Assembly (NCBI GenBank): GCA_965207545.1
Contig: CBDBMS010000003.1
Location: 285,411 to 349,410, forward strand
DNA from: Gammaproteobacteria bacterium
GTDB lineage: Bacteria > Pseudomonadota > Gammaproteobacteria > Tethybacterales > CBDBMS01
Direction: 5' to 3'
DNA: 64,000 bases
Shown: in pieces, positions 19,684-28,110 of the stretch
Position numbering within the stretch: the stretch's first letter is position 1
Layout: every line of letters begins with the position of its first letter
Position numbers and translations under genes: made by a program
Notes under the pieces: model-generated
Database searches by the model: none
Told to the model about the DNA's origin: nothing
Seen by the model: the letters and a program-made list of their open reading frames with translations, nothing else

Positions 19684-19958
19684 TTTGGGATGCAATGAAC
19701 GGCCGCAATGTGCTTGTGACCTACTTCATTCCCGGCGCCGGAGAAGGCAATCCGGAAGACTTGAAAAACTGGGAAAACCGCCAAAGGAAACGGAAGGAAA
19801 ACAGGAAGTGAAGTCCGCCGCGGATGGCCCCAGTACATCCATCTGATGAGTTTAGCGCCTCTGTTACGCAACGTCCCCAGGCATTCATTACAAAGGAATT
19901 GGCACGGCGGACGGTTTCATTGTACACGATCAGGTTCGTTTTGGGATAAGGATTTGCC

Positions 19959-20387
19959 TTGGGCTTTTGCAAGAATTCGGACATGGATCATGAACACGCA
20001 CAGTTCGGCCCTGTGGAATTGTCGGACGAACATCAGCATCAGCTGGCCAGCGCCACTACGGACGGCGCGCCGAATGCGACGCTGACCGACGACAAGGGAT
20101 CGTCCGTGCCGGTGACCAAGCCGTATCTGACGGTCGTTGCGGCGGCTATTCTCGGGCGCCCCAACGCGCAGGGCGAAATCGCGGGCCGTGACGGCCGGCG
20201 CTACATTGCGGTGTCGGTGATGACTGCGCTGGTGGCGCAGGAACTGGTCCCCGCAGATGGGAACTGGGATGAGATGCTGCCGTGGATTCTTGCCGGCATC
20301 GTCTGTCTGCTGTGCGCCGCCGGGACGCGAAGTCTTTTTCTGACGGTGGCTTTCGGCATGATGGCGGTCACGCTGCTGGGCAGCTGA
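19959..20387 (+). CDS. AzlD-like small membrane protein; the N-terminal ~50 aa of the ORF are probably not part of the native protein
   Basis: The C-terminal ~90 aa (YLTVVAAAILG...RYIAVSVMTALVAQELVPADG...LPWILAGIVCLLCAAGTRSLFLTVAFGMMAVTLL) resemble AzlD. TTG start per the ORF track; the real start is unclear. Confidence 0.4.
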   Translation: MGFCKNSDMDHEHAQFGPVELSDEHQHQLASATTDGAPNATLTDDKGSSVPVTKPYLTVVAAAILGRPNAQGEIAGRDGRRYIAVSVMTALVAQELVPADGNWDEMLPWILAGIVCLLCAAGTRSLFLTVAFGMMAVTLLGS

Positions 20388-20407
20388 CCAGTGCAGCCTG
20401 AAGTTTT

Positions 20408-21046
20408 CTAGCTGGCTTTCCCCTCCCTTTTGAAGTTGCACAGGTCCGCGATGGGACACTTCCCGCACTTGGGTGTCCGCGCTGTGCAGATGTAGCGGCC
20501 ATGAAGTATGAGCCAGTGGTGCGCATTCATTTTGTAACGTGCCGGCACCCGTTCGACGAGCAGGTCCTCGACCTCGCGCGGCGTCCGTCCCGGCGCCAGC
20601 CCGGTCCGGTTGCCCACCCGGAATATGTGCGTGTCGACCGCTATGGTTGGCTCGCCGAACGCCACATTGAGGACGACGTTGGCGGTTTTTCTGCCGACGC
20701 CAGGCAGACTCTCCAGCGATTCGCGGCTGTGTGGAATCTCGCCGGAATGCTTATCCAGAAGCGTTTCAGAGAGGCCGATGACGTTCTTCGCCTTGTTACG
20801 AAACAGGCCGATGGTGCGTATGTGCCGCATGAGTCCGGCTTCACCGAGCCGGATCATCTCCTCGGGGGTGTCCACCTCCCTGAACAGGAGCTGTGTTGCC
20901 GCATTGACGCCCTTGTCGGTGGCCTGGGCGGACAGGACCACGGCGACAAGAAGCTGATAGGGATTGCCGTGCCGGAGTTCCGTCTTCGGTTCGGGAGATA
21001 TCCGGGAGAGTCTCCTGAAGACCTCTGCGTATTCCTTCCTGTCCAT
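20408..21046 (-). CDS. nth: endonuclease III
   Basis: Helix-hairpin-helix glycosylase (LPGVGRKTANVVL) and a C-terminal 4Fe-4S cluster, CTARTPKCGKCPIADLC. Start at the internal Met, MDRKEY. Confidence 0.85.
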   Translation of the reverse strand: MDRKEYAEVFRRLSRISPEPKTELRHGNPYQLLVAVVLSAQATDKGVNAATQLLFREVDTPEEMIRLGEAGLMRHIRTIGLFRNKAKNVIGLSETLLDKHSGEIPHSRESLESLPGVGRKTANVVLNVAFGEPTIAVDTHIFRVGNRTGLAPGRTPREVEDLLVERVPARYKMNAHHWLILHGRYICTARTPKCGKCPIADLCNFKREGKAS

Positions 21047-21056
21047 GCCTGTTCCG

Positions 21057-22514
21057 TCAGTTGCGCCAGAACATGGGGTGGAGCGCCACCATGAATGCCA
21101 GTATCTCAAGGCGGCCGAGAAGCATGGCGAATGTGCACAGCCAGGTCTGGACATCGGTCAGGCCACTGTAGTTGCCGGCTGGTCCGACATCGCCGAGACC
21201 CGGACCGGTGTTGCTGATCGAAGCGACTGCCGCGGAGAAGGCGGTGAGAAAGTCCATCCCGGTTGCGATCAGCAGCAGCATGAGAACTAGCGCACTGGCG
21301 AAGTAGGCGATGATGAAGAAGAGCACCGAGACGATGATCCGGTTCGGCAGCGCCGCCGAGCCGAACTTGGTGTCGTAGAAGGCTTTTGGATGGAGCAGTT
21401 TAAGCCGCTCGGTGCCGATCTGCCGGAACAGGATCAGGCTCCGGACCATCTTCACGCCGCCGCCGGTCGATCCGCCGCAGGCGGCGAAGTTCGCAAGCGC
21501 CAGCATGAGCATCGGTGCGAACAGCGGCCAGGCGTTGAAGTCCGTGTTCGAGTAGCCGGTGGTCGTCGCGATCGACACGGTGTTGAATGCGGCGTAGCGG
21601 AGGCTTTCGCCGAAAGTGTCGTAGCTGCCCTGTGCCCACAGGAACAGGGTGACGCAGGCAACTGCCGCGGCCATCACCGCCAGAAACGACTTGATCTCGA
21701 TGTCGCCCAGATACGCTCTCGGGCTGCGGTTGAGGAACGCCGCAAAATGGGTTGCGAAGTTCATGCCGGCAATCAGCATGAATACGATGGCGACACACTC
21801 GATCACCACGGAGTCAAAGTGGCCGAAGCTTGCGTCGTGTGACGAGAAGCCGCCGAGCGCCAGCGTCGTCATGCTGTGGACCGCCGCATCGAACCAGGTC
21901 ATTCCGGCCAGCCAGTAGGAAAACATGCACAGCAGGGTCAGGCCGAGGTAGATGAGCCACAGACCCTTGGCCGTCTTGGTGATCTGCGGCGTCAGGTTCT
22001 GCTCCTTGAGCGGTCCCGGAAGCTCCGTGGTGAGCAGCTGGCGCCCCCCCACGCCGAGGAACGGCAGGATCGCGATCGTTAGCACGATCAGTCCCATCCC
22101 GCCCAGCCAAATCATCTCGCCACGCCAGAAGTTCAGTGACGGCGGGAGTTCATCGATCCCGCTCAGGACGGTTCCGCCGGAAGCCGTCATTCCCGAAGCG
22201 GCCTCGAAGTAGGCCTCGGTCAGCGATATGTCGTCAACGATCATCATGATCGGCACGGCGCCGAACAGCGGCAGCAGAATCCAGACTTGGAGCACCAGGA
22301 AGAATCCGTGGCGCTGACGCAGGTCGCTGCGTGTGCGGACCGTGAGCGCCATGGCCGCCGCGCCGCAGGAGGCCGAAAGCGCGCTGGTCACCACGAACGC
22401 CTCCCATTGCCCGTCACCGACTGCGAGAGACACGGGCAGCGGCAACAGGGCAAGCAGGCCGAACAGGACCAGCACCTTTCCCGAAAGGTTGAAAGTGTGC
22501 AGCCAGCGTGACAT
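21057..22514 (-). CDS. trkH: Trk-type potassium uptake protein TrkH
   Basis: 485-aa polytopic membrane protein with the TrkH family pattern (…TASGGTVLSGI…GGFSSHDAS…STTGYS…). Adjacent to trkA. Confidence 0.8.
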   Translation of the reverse strand: MSRWLHTFNLSGKVLVLFGLLALLPLPVSLAVGDGQWEAFVVTSALSASCGAAAMALTVRTRSDLRQRHGFFLVLQVWILLPLFGAVPIMMIVDDISLTEAYFEAASGMTASGGTVLSGIDELPPSLNFWRGEMIWLGGMGLIVLTIAILPFLGVGGRQLLTTELPGPLKEQNLTPQITKTAKGLWLIYLGLTLLCMFSYWLAGMTWFDAAVHSMTTLALGGFSSHDASFGHFDSVVIECVAIVFMLIAGMNFATHFAAFLNRSPRAYLGDIEIKSFLAVMAAAVACVTLFLWAQGSYDTFGESLRYAAFNTVSIATTTGYSNTDFNAWPLFAPMLMLALANFAACGGSTGGGVKMVRSLILFRQIGTERLKLLHPKAFYDTKFGSAALPNRIIVSVLFFIIAYFASALVLMLLLIATGMDFLTAFSAAVASISNTGPGLGDVGPAGNYSGLTDVQTWLCTFAMLLGRLEILAFMVALHPMFWRN

Positions 22515-22520
22515 GAATGC

Positions 22521-23885
22521 CTAGAAGAAGCCTGCTCCGGCAGAGAGGAACTTGACGGTCTTGCGCACTGAATCGCGCTGCGAGACGAAGACGATCACGT
22601 GATCGCCCTGTTGCAGGACGAGGTCGTTGTGGGCGATGCACACCTTGTCGTCGCGCACAATGGCTCCCGGCATCACGTTGGGCGGCCAGGCGATCGACTT
22701 GATTGGCCGCCCGACCAGGTTGGAATCCTGCTCGGTGCCGTGCAGGACCGCTTCGAGCGCCTCAGCGGCTCCGCGCCTGAGCAGGTGTACCGCTGTGACG
22801 TCCGCCTGGCGTATGTACGTCAGCAGCGGACCGGTGGTGACCTCAGCCGGCGGAATCGCGATGTCAATGTCGTTGTCCTGGAGCACGTCCACGTAGGAGG
22901 CGCGGTTGACCAGAACGACCAGTTTGGCGGCGCCCATCCGCTTGGCGAGCAGCGAGGACATCACATTGGTCTCGTCGTCGTTGGTGACGGCGCAGTAGAC
23001 GTCGGATTCGCCGAACCCCTCCTCGCGCGCAAGGTTTTCGTCGGTTGCGTCGCCGCACAGGACGAGAGTCCTCTTGAGCGAGCGCGACAGGTACGCACAA
23101 CGCTCCCGGCTGCGCTCGAGAATCTTGACCTTGTGGTCCCTCTCAAGCGCCTTGGCTAAGCTCAGGCCCACGTTTCCGCCGCCGGAGATGAAGATTGACC
23201 GGTGTTCCCGGTTGACGTCGCTGAACTCGTTGACCACCTTGTCGAAATTGTCGGTGTCGGACACGAAGAACACCTCGTCGCCGGCGACGATGTCGGTCTT
23301 GCCGTCCGGAAACACCGACAGGTTGCCCCTGTAAATCGCCACGATGCGGAAGTCAACGTCCGGTGTCCGCGCCTGGATCGTCTCGATGCTGGTCTCGGTT
23401 GGGATCTTGTCGCCGGTGACCTTGACGACGCCGAGCAGGACGCGCCCCTTGGCGAACTTGTGGACCTGGAGACAGTTCGGATGCTGGATCGAATCGAGAA
23501 TATAGTTGGTCACCACCTGCTCGGGGAAAAACACGAAGTTGACGCCGAAGAGCTCTTCAGCGGTCTTTCCCAGCTCCTCGTCCCGGATGCGTGCGACCAG
23601 GTTCGGCGTATTGAACGTGTTCTTGCAGATACGGCATGCAACAAGGTTCACTGCGTCATTGGCGGTGACCGCAAGCACGAGTTCCGCGTCCTCGGCGCCG
23701 GCCTGGCGCAGGATGCCCGGATGTGCCGCATTGCCTATCACCGTCTTGATGTCGCACAGGTCCTGCAGCCTGCGCAGCTTGTCACCGTTGGTGTCGACGA
23801 CCGTGATGTCAGTGTCGGCGTTGCTGTGCAGCCTTTCGGTGACCGACTGGCCAACGCGTCCGGCGCCAAGTATGACAATCTGCAT
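22521..23885 (-). CDS. trkA: Trk system potassium uptake NAD-binding protein TrkA
   Basis: Two RCK/NAD-binding Rossmann domains (MQIVILGAGRVGQSV and IFISGGGNVGLSLA). About 454 aa from the internal Met. Confidence 0.85.
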   Translation of the reverse strand: MQIVILGAGRVGQSVTERLHSNADTDITVVDTNGDKLRRLQDLCDIKTVIGNAAHPGILRQAGAEDAELVLAVTANDAVNLVACRICKNTFNTPNLVARIRDEELGKTAEELFGVNFVFFPEQVVTNYILDSIQHPNCLQVHKFAKGRVLLGVVKVTGDKIPTETSIETIQARTPDVDFRIVAIYRGNLSVFPDGKTDIVAGDEVFFVSDTDNFDKVVNEFSDVNREHRSIFISGGGNVGLSLAKALERDHKVKILERSRERCAYLSRSLKRTLVLCGDATDENLAREEGFGESDVYCAVTNDDETNVMSSLLAKRMGAAKLVVLVNRASYVDVLQDNDIDIAIPPAEVTTGPLLTYIRQADVTAVHLLRRGAAEALEAVLHGTEQDSNLVGRPIKSIAWPPNVMPGAIVRDDKVCIAHNDLVLQQGDHVIVFVSQRDSVRKTVKFLSAGAGFF

Positions 23886-23887
23886 TC

Positions 23888-25150
23888 CTACTCCCTGACC
23901 TGGCCTTCGCCAAGGACTATCCATTTCTCAACCGTCAGGGCGCGTACGCCGACGGGTCCCCGCACATGGATCCGATCCGTCGAAATGCCGATTTCGGCGC
24001 CAAGGCCGTAGATGCCGCCGTCGGCAAAACGCGTGGACGCATTGGCGATGACGGAACTGGAATCGATCTCCCTAAGGAACCGCCACAGGTTGCGCTGGCT
24101 TTCGGTAATGATGGCGTCGGTATGTCCGGAGCCGTGGCGCGCAATGTGCGCCACAGCCTCGTCAATCCCGTCGACGACCTTGACGGCGAGAATCAGGTCG
24201 AGGTACTCGGTGTCCCAGTCGGCGTCCGTTGCGGGGACACACGCGTCTCCGATAGCCGCCGCCGTTTCCGGGCAGCCTCTCAGTTCAACGCCGGCAAGGC
24301 ATTCCTCCAGCCGAGGCAGAAGCCTGTCGGCGATATTCCTGTGCACGAGGAGTGTTTCCATGGCGTTGCACACTCCCGGCCGCTGCATTTTGGCATTGGC
24401 GAGGATCGGCAGCGCCGTTTCGACATCGGCGCTTTCGTCGACGAACACGTGGCAGTTGCCGTCAAGGTGCTTGATGACCGTGATCGAGGTCTGTTCGGAG
24501 ACGGCCTTGATAAGGCCCTTGCCTCCACGCGGGATCACCACGTCGATGAGTCCGTTCAGCTTGAGCAGTTCGGAGACGACCGCGCGGTCGGTGCTTCCCA
24601 TCACGTTGATTGCGGATGCAGGGAGGTTGGCCTTGCCGAGAGCCCGGTGAACACAGGCGGCTAACGCCGCGTTCGAGTGCTTGGCCTCCGAGCCTCCGCG
24701 CAACACGGCGCCGTTGCCTGACATCAGGCATAGCGCCGCGGCGTCGACAGTGACGCCCGGGCGTGATTCGTAGATGACCAGCACAACTCCGATTGGCGTG
24801 CGCATCCTGCCAATGCCAAGTCCCGCTTGTGTGCGGCGCAGTTCGCCAATCTCGCCGACAGGATCGTCAAGAGCGGCGATTTCCTCGACCGAGGCGGCGA
24901 TTCCCTCGATGCGCGCCTCGTCAAGGAGCAGCCGGTCTAGCAGAGCCGCGCTGAGTCCGCTGCTCCCGCCGCTGTCCATGTCTTTCCGGTTCTGCGTGAC
25001 AATGTCGCCGGAATTGGCGCGGATGTCGGCTGCCAGGGCGTGAAGCGCTTTGCGCTTCACCGATGTTGCCGCACATGCCAGGCTTTGCGCCCCTTGGCGA
25101 GCCGCCTCGGCCGCCGCTCTCGCCTGCTTTTGGGCCTTTCCGTCACTCAT
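23888..25150 (-). CDS. proA: gamma-glutamyl phosphate reductase
   Basis: ProA family (…VVLVIYESRPGVTVDAAALCLMSGNGAVLRGGSEA…CNAMETLLVH…). Confidence 0.85.
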   Translation of the reverse strand: MSDGKAQKQARAAAEAARQGAQSLACAATSVKRKALHALAADIRANSGDIVTQNRKDMDSGGSSGLSAALLDRLLLDEARIEGIAASVEEIAALDDPVGEIGELRRTQAGLGIGRMRTPIGVVLVIYESRPGVTVDAAALCLMSGNGAVLRGGSEAKHSNAALAACVHRALGKANLPASAINVMGSTDRAVVSELLKLNGLIDVVIPRGGKGLIKAVSEQTSITVIKHLDGNCHVFVDESADVETALPILANAKMQRPGVCNAMETLLVHRNIADRLLPRLEECLAGVELRGCPETAAAIGDACVPATDADWDTEYLDLILAVKVVDGIDEAVAHIARHGSGHTDAIITESQRNLWRFLREIDSSSVIANASTRFADGGIYGLGAEIGISTDRIHVRGPVGVRALTVEKWIVLGEGQVRE

Positions 25151-26169
25151 TCCAGCCTCCTGCGCATAGGTCGGACCTTCTGTCCGTCATTCATGATCAG
25201 TTGGAGGAAACCTGCTATCGACAGGAAATCGTCCCACGGATCCACTGCGGTGCCGCCCAGACCCTTGATATGCAGGTCGGCCTGTTGTGCGCGGTCAAGG
25301 ACATCGATCATTCTGGCCCGATCCACACCTGCCGCCGCCCGATCGATCGCCGTTTTACGCTCTCCCCAGACTCCGGGATGTCTGCGGCCTTCGTAGGCGG
25401 CGAGCAGCGCCCGTGCCTGGTCGGCCAGCGCCCAGAGAACCAGAGGTTCCGGCGCGCCTTCGTTGCGGAGGCTGGTCAGGGCGTGTCCCACGCTCTTCGG
25501 TGACCGCGACTGGATGGCCTCATGGACGGAAAACACGTTATGCCGCGACAGGTTGACGAGTCCCGCCCTGAGCTGGTCGGCGTCAAGCCTGCTCTCCGGG
25601 AACAGGAGCGAGATCTTGAGCAGCTCCTGGCTCGCCGCAAGCAGGTTGCCCTCGGTCATCTCGACGAACAGCGCCATTGCATCGGAGGTCGTCGAATGTC
25701 CGGAGCGTGCGAGGCGATCCGAAACCCATTTGGGAAACCTGGCACGGTCAATCTTCGGCACCGCAACGCAGGTGCAGGCATCCTGGAGTTCGCGGAACCA
25801 CTGGGTTTTGCGGATACGCCATTCGAGTTCATGCATGCAGATGACGATCCGGTCTCCGGTTCCGTCAAGTCGGCGGGCGATTTCCGCAAGCACCTTCCCG
25901 GCCTTGGCGTCAGGCGTTCCGCAGAACATCACCTCCAGGTGCCGTGATTCGCCGAACAGCGAAAGGTTTTCCGTTCCCGAACGTATGTCGTCGACATTTC
26001 CGCTCTTGTCCATCCGGACGGCAATGTGTTCGTCGGCCTTGCAGAAAGAGCGTATCATGCTGCGGCACTCGTCAACGATGAGTTCCTCGCCGCCGTGGAC
26101 AAGATAGGCGCACGAGTGCCGGCCACCGGTCAGGTGCCGCTCCAGACTTTCGGGAGTGAGGCTCTTCAC
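25147..26169 (-). CDS. holA: DNA polymerase III delta subunit
   Basis: 340 aa with a HolA-like architecture (YLVHGGEELIVDE…EGNLLAASQELLKISLL). Conserved position next to lptE. Confidence 0.7.
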   Translation of the reverse strand: MKSLTPESLERHLTGGRHSCAYLVHGGEELIVDECRSMIRSFCKADEHIAVRMDKSGNVDDIRSGTENLSLFGESRHLEVMFCGTPDAKAGKVLAEIARRLDGTGDRIVICMHELEWRIRKTQWFRELQDACTCVAVPKIDRARFPKWVSDRLARSGHSTTSDAMALFVEMTEGNLLAASQELLKISLLFPESRLDADQLRAGLVNLSRHNVFSVHEAIQSRSPKSVGHALTSLRNEGAPEPLVLWALADQARALLAAYEGRRHPGVWGERKTAIDRAAAGVDRARMIDVLDRAQQADLHIKGLGGTAVDPWDDFLSIAGFLQLIMNDGQKVRPMRRRLE

Positions 26170-26678
26170 TGTTTGCCGATCTCGCGTTGGATGTGGAACC
26201 AGATGCGGTCAAGCGCTGTCCGGCGCATCGCGTCGAACAGGCTGCGCCTTTCCTCGCGCTTGGCGAGATGGCTTGATTCGTTGTGGGTGACCACTTCGCG
26301 CACGGAGAACGAGCCGTTATTGACGTTCTCGCCGTTTCTGCTGATGCCGAAGGTGATCCTGTACACAAGACGGTACTTGTTGACGGTGCCGATTTCCGTA
26401 AGCGAGACAATGTCCTCGCTTTCGGTTCCGTTGACGGTAACGCGCAGCGCGGCATCATCGGAGACAGCCAGTCCCTGTCTGCCGAGGAAACTCTCGAGAT
26501 CGCCGCGCAGCCGGGCATCGTCGGACGTGACTGCGACACTGCCGGCGTGTGCGTGTTCCGTCCAGTCGTCAACCGCAAAGCCGCAACCGCCGAAGGACGC
26601 CAGAAACAGGGCGGACATTCCTAGCATTGCTGTGGCCGCGAAACTCACTGAAAGTTGCTGGCTTGCCGTTCGAGGCAT
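26166..26678 (-). CDS. lptE: LPS-assembly lipoprotein LptE
   Basis: 170 aa, lipobox ASFGGC|G, size and position matching the leuS-lptE-holA gene order. Weak sequence family resemblance. Start uncertain (internal Met alternatives exist). Confidence 0.6.
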   Translation of the reverse strand: MPRTASQQLSVSFAATAMLGMSALFLASFGGCGFAVDDWTEHAHAGSVAVTSDDARLRGDLESFLGRQGLAVSDDAALRVTVNGTESEDIVSLTEIGTVNKYRLVYRITFGISRNGENVNNGSFSVREVVTHNESSHLAKREERRSLFDAMRRTALDRIWFHIQREIGKQ

Positions 26679-28108
26679 GGATGGCTTGCCCGGCGTTGCG
26701 GATTTTCCATGAACAGCGCGGCCACTGTTCGGGCGCAGGAGTTGTTCGACAGCGTTGAGTGGGTTGAGTTCAGTCTGAAGTGCTGAACCCCCGGCATGCC
26801 TCCGATGGTGCTGTCGACGATGCTATCCGGGGTGATCGGATCGAGAGTGCCTGACAGTACGAGCATCGGATGGCCGTTGGATGCTATCTCCTCGGGCTTG
26901 ATGGGATTGCCAACATTCCAGGTGCCTGTGCAGAAGTCCTTCATGTGACGGCTTGCCGTCTCCGCCCCCCACGCTGTCTCGAGCGGGGGGATTTCGTCGC
27001 TGATGAACGGAACCATCTCGCGGCAGGTGATCGAGTAGTAGAGCGCCTCCTCGATCATGTCAAGACGGTAGAACCAGGCCAGGTTGCTGGCATATTCGCT
27101 GGAGAGCTTGCTCTGCCCTGTGATGGCGAGATCGCGCAGGTAGCGGGGCAGGTTGCTGACAAGGCCCTGGCTGTAGAAGGCCAGCAGCACGGATGCCATC
27201 AGCCGGTGCCGGTTGAGCACCATTTCTCCCGCATCGGTTCCGGCGGCACGGTAGGCCACCTTGGCAGGGTTTGCGTCGAGGCGGCTGGCGGCCGCGCGGA
27301 TGTTGCTTCTCATGTCTCCGTAGGTTCTGGAACAGGCGTTGAGCCCCAGACACTTTTCAGCGATCTGGCCGAACAGCCGGTCAAAATGGATTATGGGTGA
27401 AAGGGAACTCGCTTGCGGGATCGTCGGTGAATCCAGCAGGATCTGGCGGACTGACGCCGGATAGGATCTGGTCAGATCGAAGGCAATCCGCGCCCCGTAG
27501 GAGATGCCGATCAGGTCGAGCTGTGCGATGCCAAGTTCGCGCCTTAGGATCTCGAAGTCATGTGCGCTTGACATGGTGGTGTAATGTTCGAGCCCGATGC
27601 CGCTGTCTTGCAGACGACTGAGACAGGCGCCGGCCGATATTTTCTGGAAATCCATCTCTTCAGCCACCGAGAGGTCGTGTGACAGCAGCCAGGGGATCTC
27701 GTTGCGCATCTCCCGGCATTTGAGGCGGGGGGTTTCAACGGCTCCCCGCTGCTCCATGAGAATCAGGCCGCGGTCAGCACCGAGCACCTCAATCCTGAAC
27801 TGCTCCCAGTAGCCGAGTTCTGCGAGCGAGGCAATCCCGACGCGTGCGCCCGGTCCGCCTCCGCCGAGTACGATCGCCATGTGGCGGCTGTCGTCCGGAC
27901 CGAGCCGGATGACAGGTATTGACAGTCGCCTGGCATCCGGCTCGGCATGGTTTTCCGGAACGTCCAGGACGCCGCAGAGACTTTCCCGCGGAAGCTGGCG
28001 CTGATTGACCCAGCATTCGACTTCGGAGAATGTTCCGCCGGAATCTTCCGCCTGTGCAGCCGGCGATGCGGCAAGGAGAAGGGCGGCGAACAGAGGGGTT
28101 GTGCGCAT
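26645..28108 (-). CDS. secreted alpha/beta-hydrolase (S33 / TAP-like peptidase family)
   Basis: Signal peptide MRTTPLFAALLLAASPAAQA|ED. Nucleophile elbow GISYGARIAFDL (GxSxG). 487 aa. Confidence 0.55.
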   Translation of the reverse strand: MRTTPLFAALLLAASPAAQAEDSGGTFSEVECWVNQRQLPRESLCGVLDVPENHAEPDARRLSIPVIRLGPDDSRHMAIVLGGGGPGARVGIASLAELGYWEQFRIEVLGADRGLILMEQRGAVETPRLKCREMRNEIPWLLSHDLSVAEEMDFQKISAGACLSRLQDSGIGLEHYTTMSSAHDFEILRRELGIAQLDLIGISYGARIAFDLTRSYPASVRQILLDSPTIPQASSLSPIIHFDRLFGQIAEKCLGLNACSRTYGDMRSNIRAAASRLDANPAKVAYRAAGTDAGEMVLNRHRLMASVLLAFYSQGLVSNLPRYLRDLAITGQSKLSSEYASNLAWFYRLDMIEEALYYSITCREMVPFISDEIPPLETAWGAETASRHMKDFCTGTWNVGNPIKPEEIASNGHPMLVLSGTLDPITPDSIVDSTIGGMPGVQHFRLNSTHSTLSNNSCARTVAALFMENPQRRASHPCLERQASNFQ

Positions 28109-28110
28109 GG

